This document shows, in pieces, positions 41,116-52,018 of a DNA stretch of 64,000 nt (its first letter is position 1; every line of letters begins with the position of its first letter). The notes beneath the pieces are model-generated. The model did no database searches and had not been told where the DNA came from. It was given only the letters and a program-made list of their open reading frames with translations. Both the position numbers and the translations under genes were made by a program. Source of the DNA: an uncultured Acidobacteriota bacterium (GTDB lineage Bacteria; Acidobacteriota; Vicinamibacteria; Fen-336); assembly GCA_963831755.1 (NCBI GenBank), contig CAWHRC010000022.1:64937-128936 (forward strand). Reading direction: 5' to 3'.

Positions 41116-41952
41116 TCAGCGCCTCGGTCGTGCTCTCGAGCTGGTCGAGGCCGCGGTGGAACTGGTTGTAGTCGGCCTGGGCCGGCTCGTCGGCCTCGGC
41201 CAGGTTCTCGAGCCGCGCCGCCCACTCCATCAGGCTCTGCAGGCTCGCCTCGCCGTGCGCGTCCATGTGGGACGTCTCGGTGTGGCCGAGGTCGAGGCCG
41301 CGCAGGAAAGCGCCGATCTCGCGCCGGCGATGGCGGGCGCGCTCGACGACGCCCTGGAAGGTGCGCCGCAGGTTCGTGCGCGGCGGGATCACGGGCTCGA
41401 TGCTCCCGCGCTCGAAGCGGTCGTGGGCCCAGGCGAGGGGCCTCTGCAGCTCGTCGCGGTCGGCGGGGAACTCGCCCGTAGCGGCCGGCGCGCGAACACC
41501 TCGGCGATCGCCTCCTCGCCCTCGCTCGAGTGCTCGGCCGCCGCCCAGCCCCGGAACAGGTACTGGATCTCCTCGACCCGCTGCGTGCCGCCCGGCAGCA
41601 GCAGGTCGCCGGGGGCCAGGATCTCGCCGTCCGGGCCGCGCCGCAGCAGCGTCGGCCGCCGCGAGGACTTGCGCTTCGCCCTGCCCTTGGCCGGCTTGCC
41701 GTTCCGCCCGCCGCAGGCTTCGCCGGGCCGTGCGCCGCGGCCTCCGCGCCCTTCGCCTTCGCCTGGGGCTGGGCCTTGGCCTTCGGCTGCGGTGCGGGCT
41801 TCGCCGCCGCCTTCACTGCGGCTTCCCCTTGCCGTCCGCCTTCGCGTGCGCCTTTGCCAGCGGCTTGCTGGCTGCCTTGGGCTTGGCGTGCTTCGCCGCG
41901 GGCTTCTTGTCCTTCTTCTCGGCCGGTCCTTCGAGGGCTTGCTCTTGGCCAT
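41063..41952 (-). pseudogene. Hypothetical protein with a Lys/Ala/Pro-rich N-terminus and a conserved-looking C-terminal domain; at least 3 frame switches
   Basis: ATG at 41952. MAKSKPSKDRP, then KKDKKPAAKHAKPKAASKP..., then AKPAPQPKAKAQPQAKAKG..., then a C-terminal 109-aa ORF (41063..41392). The pieces lie in different frames. Confidence 0.4.
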
Positions 41953-42171
41953 GGGCCTACCTCGGTCTCGCGGGGACGCGGGGGAGGGGTTTCCCGGACA
42001 GTACGACCTTGCGCAACGTCCGCGCGAAGGTCCCGACGATCGAGGCCGCGAGCGTCTGGCCCGTCGGCCGCCGACGATCTTCGCCGTCGCTGTCCAACGG
42101 TGCTCCTCCGTCGGGTGGGAAACCCTGAGGAGTGTATCACGCGGGGCCGCCGGGCCCGCGGCTGGCACGCC

Positions 42172-42391
42172 TCAGGCGCTCGCGGGGAGGTCCAGCTCGT
42201 CCCAGAGCAGGTCCATCCCCATCTCGGCCCGACGGAGCAGCAGCTCCTGGTCCTCGATGGAGCAGCGCGCGATGCGACTCCGCGTCTCGTCTCCCGGCCC
42301 GGGCGCCACGAGAAGACCGACGACCGCGCCGACGAGGCCGCCCAGCAGGGCGACCCCGACATAGGTGCTCGTGCGACGAGCGCTCGATCAT
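42172..42391 (-). pseudogene. YtxH-like small membrane-associated protein, with one frameshift just after the start
   Basis: STYVGVALLGGLVGAVVGLLVAPGPGDETRSRI... matches the YtxH pattern (hydrophobic helix, then AP-x-G-x-ETR). ATG at 42391 with GGAGG upstream. ATG and stop are 220 nt apart, which is not a multiple of 3. Confidence 0.45.
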
Positions 42392-42422
42392 GACTGCTCC
42401 ACAACCTCCGCCACGACGTGCA

Positions 42423-42438
42423 TGCAAAACACGTGCCG
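42423..42438 (-). promoter_or_regulatory. Sigma-54 (-24/-12) promoter
   Basis: The minus strand reads cGGCACG-TGTT-TTGCA, against the consensus TGGCACG-N4-TTGCW. GG and GC are 10 nt apart. There are 31 nt to the ATG at 42391, with a GGAGG in between. Confidence 0.55.
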
Positions 42439-42554
42439 CGGTCTGGCAAGCTCCTTGCGAGATGCGAAACAGGCCGAAAACGGGCGAATTCCGCGATTTT
42501 GCGTGCCGGGCAGCTCCTCCAACGTCGAGAAGGTGCGTGTCCATTTGTCCGTAA

Positions 42555-42574
42555 TTGCCGTGTCACAACGGCAA
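42555..42574. promoter_or_regulatory. Perfect 7-bp inverted repeat TTGCCGT-N6-ACGGCAA; candidate enhancer (bEBP) site or weak terminator
   Basis: Seen directly. Its centre is about 135 bp upstream of the sigma-54 promoter. It also lies about 35 nt downstream of the beta-lactamase-family gene's stop, but has no U-tract. Confidence 0.35.
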
Positions 42575-42608
42575 CAATTGCGACAGCGCCGGAGGAGCGC
42601 CGACGTCG

Positions 42609-43810
42609 TCAGCGAACGACGCGGTCGGCGGTCACGAGGTCGGCGATCCGTCGGGCGAGGTGCAGGAGCGGCGTGCCGACGCCTCTCGAGGTTCGAGAGC
42701 AGGGCGACCACGACGCCCGCTGTCGGGCCGGGTGTAGAGGACCGTGCTGACGCGCTCCTGGCCGCCGGTGTGCCAGGCCTCGCGCCGGCCGCCGTGGAAG
42801 CCGACCGTGATCCCGAGGCCGAAGCCGGTCACCCGCCCGGTCGCGGGTCTTCTGGGGCGTCAGCATCTGCCGGAGCGTCGGGCGGTCGAGGAGCCTGCCG
42901 GAGAGGAGCGCCAGGCCGAAGCGGGCCACGTCGGGAGCCGTGCCGCACAGGCCGCCGCCGGGCACCTTGTAGCTGGTGTCCGCGAGCGCCGAGTTCAGCA
43001 GCTCGCCGCTCCCGTCGCGGACGTAGCCGCTCGCTCGGTGGGGGATGAGCGCGCGGACGTCGTCCGGCTGCGTGCTCGTCATCCCCGCGGGAGCGAACAC
43101 CTCCTCCCGCAGGACCTCGGCGAACGGCCGGCCGGCCGCGCCCTCGACGGCGCAGCCGAGCAGGCTGTAGCCGTACGTGCTGTAGAGCACCTTCGTGCCC
43201 GGCTCGAAGGCGAGGGGGTCGTCCTTGAAGAGCACGAGCCCCTCGGAGAGGGACGAGTAGCGGCGAACCTGCGGCGTGCTCGCCCGCGTCGGTAGGAGCG
43301 CACGCCGCCCTGGTGGCAGAGCAGCTGGCGCGTCGTGACCGGCCAGGGCTTGGGCGGGTAGGCGCCGCAGTAGCTCCAGACGGGCGGGTCGAGGTCCAGC
43401 CGGCCCTTCTGGGCGAGGCGCAGCGCGGCGACCGCCGTCATCGGCTTGGAGACGGAGGCGAGCCGGTAGACGGTTTCCGGGCGCCGCGACGACCTCGTTC
43501 TCGACGTCCGCGAGGCCGTAGCCTGCCGCGAAGCGCAGCTCGCCCCCGTCCCCGATCGCCACCGAGAGGCCCGGGATGCCCCGCTGCGACATCTCCTCGG
43601 CGATCGCGCGTGCGCGATCGGCCTCGGCACGAGCGGCCGGCGGCAGTCGGCGCGCGCCAGCGTCCGCGACGGCGGGTCGCGCTGCGGCGCGGCGGCTGCG
43701 GCGGCGCCGGCGGCTCGTGCCCGCCGGGGCGGCCGGCCGGGCGGCGGCGTGAGCAAGGCGACGCGCCAGGACAGCGAGACGGCGAGCGAGCGGCGACGCG
43801 GCGGCCGCAC
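42609..43810 (-). pseudogene. Serine hydrolase, beta-lactamase (class C/EstB-like) family, at least 5 frame switches
   Basis: Fragments IPGLSVAIGDGGELRFAAGYGLAD, YRLASVSKPMTA (SxxK), LLCHQGGVRSY, YSTYGYSLLGCAVE and TGFGLGITV...WHTGGQ lie in three frames. The start is uncertain. Confidence 0.7.
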
Positions 43811-43813
43811 TCG

Positions 43814-44939
43814 CTACTCCAGCCAGTCCCGGTCCCGCAGCTTCTTCGGCAGGTACTCCTCGGTGATGAAGCTGATGCCGCGCCGGGAGAGCGCCTCGAG
43901 CTCGAACTTGAGGCCGCTCCTGCACCATCTCCTGGATCTCCCGCTGCCAGCGCGGCGTGCTTGAACCAGGGGTAGGCGAGCATCTGCTTCGCGCGGCTGT
44001 TGTCGCCGTCGTCCATCTTGATGGCGACGTTCGTCGGCAGGGCGTACTTCTCCTTGTCGAAGGAAGAGAGGCCGACGAAGCGCGCGTCGGGCACCGCCAT
44101 GCGCATCGACTCGTAGGCCAGGTTGATCGAGCCCTGCTTCATGACGCTGTAGATGTAGAAGCCCCACGGGTCGTTGTCGACCAGCACGTAGACCGGCAGC
44201 TTGAGCTCGCTGTGCAGCCGCTGCACGAGCCGCCGCACGCCGCGCGGCGGCTGGCCTCCGCCGTGGACGATGATGCAGTTGTTGCGCTTCCAGAACTTGT
44301 CCTCGTTGAAGCGCGTCCAGACCGCGTCCTTCTCGATCAGCAGGACGTACTTGGCCTCGTGCTTGCGGAAGCGGATGACGTTCTCCTCGACGATCGAGGG
44401 CACCGCCCAGCCGCCGGAGCCCATGCGCCGCAGGTCGATGGTGTCGCCGCTGTCGGCGATCGGTGATCGGCCCCACCATCGAGCCCTTGCGCGCGGCGAA
44501 CAGGTGCAGCTCCTCGCGCAGGGCGTCGACGGTGACCTCGAGGTCCTCGATGATCGGATCGGACTCGTCCTGCTCCTCGAAGGTGTTCTGGCGCGTGTCG
44601 CCGATCGTGTGCTTGGCGACGTAGTAGAGGTCGCGGATGCTGGTCGTCTTGCCCGACGTCGATCAGCTCCTTGCAGGCCTCGCTGACCAGGAAGGTCTGC
44701 ATGAACTTCCTGGCCATCGACACGTTGAAGAAGTAGCGCTTCTGCTTCTGGTTGCCCAGCTCGACCAGCCGCTTCTTCTCGCTCCAGGTGACGTTGGCGA
44801 GCGAGCGCACGGGGATCTCGAGGGACGGGTTCCTGCCCTTGCTCACCGTCTTCAGCACGCCCTCGGCGAGCTTCTCGATCTTGGCCGCCGTCTTCTTCGA
44901 GACGGCGTCCGTCTTCCTGGAGGCCGCGTCCTTGCGCAT
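43814..44939 (-). pseudogene. top6A: DNA topoisomerase VI subunit A (Spo11/Top6A family), at least 4 frame switches
   Basis: Catalytic-Tyr region IRDLYY. Toprim motifs VLLIEKDAVW and YVLVDNDPWG. C-terminus GLKFELEALSRRGISFITEEYLPKKL. ATG at 44939, 4 nt after the top6B stop. Confidence 0.8.
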
Positions 44940-44943
44940 GGCG

Positions 44944-47120
44944 CTACTCCTCCTCTGCCTCGCGGCGCGCCCTCGCCTTGCGCCGGGCCTCGCGCGCCTC
45001 GAGCTCCAGCCGCCTTCTGCTCCTGCTTCATCTCCGCCGCCGTCACCTTGTGCGCCACCTCGAGGAATTCCCTCTTGATCGGACCGGGCTTCCTGCCCGT
45101 GATCTTGCCGATCGCCGCGGCCACCTCCTCGATGTAGAGCTCGAAGATGCTGCGGCGCTGCGCCTGGTAGTCGGCCGCCTTCCGCTTGCGGATGAAGGTG
45201 GCCAGCTTGCGGCCGCACTCCTGGGCCGCGAGCTGGATCTCCTTCGTGATCTCCGGGTAGTGGGCCACCGCCTCCTTGGACTCGCTGGTGAACGGCACCC
45301 AGACCGAGGCGATGTGGACGAGGAGCGCCATCGGCCCCACGGGCAGCGAGCCCTTGGGCTGGCTCAGCAGGTAGTTGCGCCAGTCGGTGCGCACGATGGC
45401 GTCGGTGATCCCGCAGGCGCCGCGCTGGAAGAGCAGCGGCACGCGGTTGGCGAAGCGGAACAGCTCGATCGTCTTGTCGGGCGGCCAGCTCCCGCCGTAG
45501 GCGAGGCCGACCTCCACCTGGAACGGGTTGCCGCGGTACACCTTCGGCGAGCGGGTGACCGTGGCGATGAAGTAGTTGTGGCCCTTGATCTTCTCGACGC
45601 CCTCTTCGGGCGGCGCGTCGGGGACCGACGGCGCGGACTCGGGATCCGCCGGCTTGCTTCGCCGCCGCCTTGCCGGCCTTCTTCGCCGGCTGCATGCCGG
45701 CCGAGTCGAGATCGAGCTGGGTGTTCTCGTCCCCGCTCTCGCCCTCGCTCTCGATCACGTTCAGGAAGCTGACCAGGCCCTTCCTCATCAGCTCGTCGCC
45801 GATCGGGCGACAGGCAGTTCGTCGGCGGGCTCATCAGCTTGGTCGCGGCGATCGCCTTGTGCAGCTCCTCCGCCAGCGCGCGGTTCTCGCCGAGGACGCG
45901 CGGCCTCGTGGCCTTCTTGCCCCAGGGCACCTTGGCCAGGATCTCGCCGGCGGCCGCGGCCGAGACGCGGCTGAAGGCCGTCTGCAGGAAGCCGCGGACG
46001 TCGTGGCTCTTCGACTCCCGCGCCATCAGCATCAGCGCGCCCAGCTCGACGCCGTGGGGGTGCGGCTTGATCTCGAGCGACTCCTTGGGCAGCTCGGTCG
46101 TGGCCCGCGGGAAGGTCAGCGTCTCGTTGCCCGGGACGGCTGGCGTTCGCGCGCTGGGCCGCGCTGACCGGCCGGCGTGTAGCGGATCGTGGCGTGCGGG
46201 TTCGCGAGCGCGGTGTGCTCGACGTAGCGGTTGACGAAGCGCTGGCCCTGCTGCCAGTTGGCGACGATCTCCAGCTCGACGCGCGTCCCGTGCTCCTGGT
46301 GCCACTCCGCGAGCGTCTCGTCGTGGGTCACGACCGGCTCGTTCTTGCGGGTGTCGATCTGGATGTCGAAGACGTGGGCCGCCTTGCTCTTGCCCACGCG
46401 GCTCGTGACGCGGATCGGCTTGCCGGTCGTGAGCTGTCCGTACATCGCCGCCGCCGAGATGCCGATGCCCTGCTGCCCGCGCGCCTGCTTCAGCCGGTGG
46501 AACTTCGAGCCGTAGAGCAGCTTGCCGAAGATCTTCGGCACCTGGACCTTGACGATGCCGGGGCCGTTGTCCTGCACGACCACGACGAAGCGGCCCTCGC
46601 CCTTGGTCAGCTCGGCGTCCGCCTTCTTCGCCTCGAGCGCGAGGTCGTGGACCTCGATCTGCAGCTCGGGCAGGATGCCGGCCTCCTCGCAGGCGTCGAG
46701 CGAGTTGTCGACGGCCTCCTTGATCGTGGTGAGCAGCGCCTTCGAGGGGTTGTCGAAGCCGAGCAGGTGGCGGTTCTTGACGAAGAACTCGGAGACGGAG
46801 ATCTCGCGCTGCCCCTGCGCCAGCGACTCGGCCGTGACGCGCGGTGCGGGCGGGCTCCGGCGCGCGGCGTCTCGGGCTCCGCGGCCGGCGGTCGGCCGCG
46901 AGCGGCTTCGCTGGGCAGCACCGGGCTGCGCCGCGCTGCGCCGGTCTGGCGGCGGTCTTCGCGGCCCTCGGCCTCGCGGCCTGCGGCTGGCGGCCGGGGC
47001 GGGTCTCTGCTGCCTCGGCGGCTGCAGGCCCTGCTCGCGAACAGGTCCAGCTGGCGGCCGGCCGATCCTTGCGGGCGTTCCTGCGTGACGGGGGTCTTCC
47101 GGGTGCTGCGGCTTCGGCAA
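44944..47120 (-). pseudogene. top6B: DNA topoisomerase VI subunit B (GHKL ATPase), at least 5 frame switches; N-terminal boundary uncertain
   Basis: Bergerat-fold motifs [17 protein letters not shown] and [10 protein letters not shown]. Transducer fragments YRGNPFQVEVGLAYGG and FANRVPLLFQRGACG. TAG at 44944-44946. A TTG at 47120 is preceded by AGGAGGAAGAGGAG. Confidence 0.75.
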
Positions 47121-47219
47121 CGGCGCTCCTCTTCCTCCTGCGGACTCCGCCCTCGGCGCCGGTCCGGCGCGCCGAGCTTAGCATCCGCCCCTGCAGCCCG
47201 GCTGCCGGATCCGCTACCA

Positions 47220-48101
47220 TGGGCGCCGATGTCCCGTCCGCGAGCGGGCCGAGTGGCTGCTGGCGACGCTCGTCGTCGTCGCCGCTGCTGAGCCGCCTGA
47301 CCGGCCGGCTGTGCGACCTGCGCCTGCCGCGGCCGCTGCTCGTGCGCGCTGATCCGCGCGTACGCCCGCGCCTTCGCCGTCGACCTCTCGGAGGCCGCGC
47401 CGCCGCTCGAGGCCTACGCGACGCTTCAACGAGTTCTTCACGCGGCGGCTCGCCGAGGGCCGGCGGCCGGTCGCACGCGAGCGCGGGCGTCGTCGTCTCG
47501 CCGTGCGACTCGCGCGTGAGCGTCGATCGGGGCGATCCCGGCCGACGGCCGGCTCGAGCAGGTCAAGGGGCCGGAGCTACTCGGTCGAGGCGCTCCTCGG
47601 CTCGGCGGAGGACGCGCGCCGCTTCGGCGGCGGCGTGCAGGCGACGCTCTACCTGAGCCCGGCCATGTACCACCGCGTCCACTCGCCGGTCGACGGCCGG
47701 ATCCGTGCCTGGCGCTACGTGCCCGGCCGCCTGTTCACCGGTCAACCGGCATCGGGCGTGCGCTCGATCCCGGGCCTCTTCACGCGCAACGAGCGCGTGT
47801 GCGTGTTCCTGCGACACGCGAGGCGCACGGGCCGCGTGGCCGTCGTGCTGGTGGGGGCGGCCAACGTCGGCCGGCATCAGCCTGGCCTTCACGCGACCTC
47901 GTCACGAACCGCGGCGCGCGCGGCGGGCGCGTCGAGCCGGCCGCGCCGATCGCGGTTCGCCGCGGCGACGAGCTCGGCGCGTTCAACCTCGGCTCGACCG
48001 TCGTGCTGCTGCTGGCCGACCCCTCGCTGGCCGCCGCTCGTGGCGGCCGGGCGAGCTCGTCCGCATGGGGCAGCCGCTGTGGCGCCGCGCCTCGAACGTA
48101 G
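47220..48101 (+). pseudogene. psd: Phosphatidylserine decarboxylase proenzyme, at least 6 frame switches
   Basis: Fragments FFTRRLAEGRRP, VVSPCDSRVS, LYLSPAMYHRVHSPVDG, NERV and the self-cleavage site FNLGSTVVLL lie in different frames. The 3' end is ambiguous. Confidence 0.65.
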
Positions 48102-48583
48102 GCGTCATCTCCGACACGCACGGGCTGCTGCGGCCCGAGGCGCTGCGCGCGCTCGCGGGCTCGCGAGGTGATCCTGCACGCCGGCGACGTCGGCGGCAGG
48201 ACGTGCTCGAGGCCCTCGCGCAGATCGCGCCGGTGCTCGCCGTCCGTGGCAACACCGACGGCGGCTGGGCGCGCCTGCTGCCGGAGCGCCGGCGTGCTCG
48301 ACCTCGGCGGCGTGCCCGCGTGCTGCTCCTCCACGATCGGGCGCTGCTGGACCGTGGCCTTCGCGCCACGCCGGGCGCCGGCGCACACCGCCTCGCAGAC
48401 GGCGGAGCGCGTCGTCGTCTTCGGCCACTCGCACCAGCCGCTCGCCGAGCGACGGGACGGCGTGCTGTGGTTCAACCCCGGCAGCGCGGGCCGCGGCGCT
48501 TCCGGCTGCCCGTCTCCGTCGGCCGACTGGTGATCGAGGGCGGCGTCGCGTGCGAGCCGACCTGCTCGACCCTCGACGTCTGA
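48065..48583 (+). pseudogene. Metallophosphoesterase (YfcE/MJ0936-like), several frame switches
   Basis: Fragments VGVISDTHG, ILHAGDVG, VRGNTDG, VVVFGHSHQP and WFNPGSAG, spread over different frames. Confidence 0.55.
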
Positions 48584-49068
48584 GCCGGCCGGCCGCTCCG
48601 GGTTACGATCGAAGGACCCCGCAGTCAGGCTGGACGGCGGCGAATGGGAGGTGCCCGGTGTCGAAGCTGCGAACCGTGAGCTGGATACGTGCTGGTGCTC
48701 GTGGGCGCGCTGGTCCTGGTCGGCGCGCTCGGCTCGGCGAACCTCGCGTACCGCGGGCGAGTTCCCGCTCGGGGGCGTCTCGATCGTCCGAGATCGCCCT
48801 GGGGCGCGAGCCGGTGCTGGCTGGCCTGCGCGGGGCGCGTGGCACGGCCGCGGCGTGGGCGGCGGCGCTCGGCCGCTGCTCGTGTCCTGGTGGTCGTGCT
48901 CGGCCCGTACCGGCGCGGCAGACGTCGCGAGCTGGTGGGGGATCCTGGTCTCGAGCTGGCGCTGCTGGGCCTGTGCTGGCGCCCGCGTCCCGCTCGTCGG
49001 CGTCCGCGCTGGGGACCGGCGAGCCGCTGGTGCTCGCTCGCGTCGTCGTGGTCGCGCTGCTGCTCGAC

Positions 49069-49949
49069 GTGCGCCGGCTGAGCGCGCCACGCTGAGCCAA
49101 GGCGACGCTGCGGCTGGCGGCTCCGGGCGTCGCTGGCGGCCTGTTCGTTCTCTGCCGCGCCGCTCTCCTCGCGCCGCCGGCCGCCGCCGCGGCCACGCCC
49201 GTCGTGCGACCCGGCACGCTCGTGCGCTGGCCGGGCCCGGGCATCACGGCCTGCGCGATCGGCGGGCGGCGCTTCGCGCCGATCGCCGGCGCGTGCCTGC
49301 TACCCGATCGACCTGCTGCACCCGCCGGGAGCGCTCGCGCCTCCTGCGCTGGCGCGCCGGCCGCCGCGAGGCCAGAACGGTTCGCGTGGGCCGCTTCGAC
49401 TATCCGGTGCAGCGGCTGACGCTGCCGCGCGGGCATGGTCGAGCTGTCGCCGGACGACGCCGAGCGCGTGCGGCGCGAGAGCCGGGAGGTCGCACGCGCT
49501 GTGGGCGCGCGACGGGCCAGCGCCGCTTCACGCTGCCGCTGCAGGCCCCGCTCGACCCGCTGCCGGAGGGCGGCAGGCTTCGGCAGCCGCCGCGTGATCA
49601 ACGGCCGGCCGCGCAGCCCGCACGGCGGGACCGATTTCGGCGCACGCCGAGGGAACGCCGGTGCTCGCCGCGGCCGACGGCGTGGTGGCGCTGGTCGCCG
49701 ACCACTTCTTCTGCGGCCACAGCGTCTTCCTCGACCACGGGGACGGCCTGATCACGATGTACATCCACCTCTCGCGCGTGTCGACGTCTCGAGGGGCAGC
49801 AGCTGCGCCGCGGGGCGCAGGTCGGCGCGGTTGGCAGCACGGGCCGCGCGACCGGGCCGCACCTGCACTTCGGCGTGCGCTGGCGCGCCGCGCGCGTCGA
49901 CCCGCGGCTGCTGCTCGGCGACCCCGGGCGGCTTCCGGCGATCGAGTAA
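49069..49949 (+). pseudogene. M23-family metallopeptidase, several frame switches
   Basis: Fragments [43 protein letters not shown] and [18 protein letters not shown] at 47947-49949 is incorrect by typo-proofing: the stop is TAA at 49947-49949. The start is a guess (GTG at 49069 before a signal-like peptide). Confidence 0.6.
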
Positions 49950-49960
49950 GATCGCGCCGC

Positions 49961-51522
<1,562 letters not shown>

Positions 51523-51532
51523 CGGAAGGGCG

Positions 51533-51904
51533 TCAGGGCCGCGGCGCGAGCAGGGCCTCGAGCTTGGCCAAGAGCTGCGGGAAGTCGATCGGCTTGGTGT
51601 CGTAGTCGTCGCAGCCGGCGGCGAGCGCACGCTCGCGGTCGCCGGCCATCGCGTGCGCCGTCAGCGCGACCACCGGCACCCGGGCCGTCGTGGGCGAGGC
51701 CTTCAGCCGGCGCGCGACCTCCCAGCCGTCGATCACCGGCAGCGACATGTCGAGCAGCACGAGGTCGGGCGTCTCGCTCTCGGCCATCAGGATGGCCTGC
51801 ATGCCGTCGGCGGCGAGCAGCAGCTCGTGGCCCCTGCGCTGCAGCCGCCGCGACAGCATGTCGCGGTTGAGGTCGTCGTCCTCGACCAGCAGGATCTTCG
51901 CCAT
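51533..51904 (-). CDS. Single-domain response regulator (receiver only)
   Basis: [14 protein letters not shown]..., phospho-acceptor LVLLDMSLP, and TAHAM...KPI. 123 aa. Convergent with the kinase. Confidence 0.9.
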   Translation of the reverse strand: MAKILLVEDDDLNRDMLSRRLQRRGHELLLAADGMQAILMAESETPDLVLLDMSLPVIDGWEVARRLKASPTTARVPVVALTAHAMAGDRERALAAGCDDYDTKPIDFPQLLAKLEALLAPRP

Positions 51905-52018
51905 CCGGCGCGCCCCCGGCGCACGCTGCCACCGCGCAGGCAGGGTTATCACAACGCCGCGCCCCGCTCAATCCGCGCCTGCCCGCGCGGTGGTACGCTT
52001 CGCTCCCGGGGGTGGGGG

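Noticed and set aside
42555-42574. The TTGCCGT-N6-ACGGCAA hairpin as an intrinsic terminator of the beta-lactamase-family gene.
   Set aside because: On the relevant (minus) strand, the stem is followed by TTACGGACAAATGG, which is not a U-tract. I keep it as a possible weak terminator only. Its distance to the sigma-54 promoter makes an enhancer site at least as plausible.
48065-48101. A possible fusion of psd and the phosphoesterase, because ELVRMGQPLWRRASNVGVISDTHG reads through in one frame.
   Set aside because: The local indel density makes the frame unreliable. A TAG at 48099-48101 is available in another frame, and the two enzyme families are not known to me as a fusion. I left them as two genes with an ambiguous junction.
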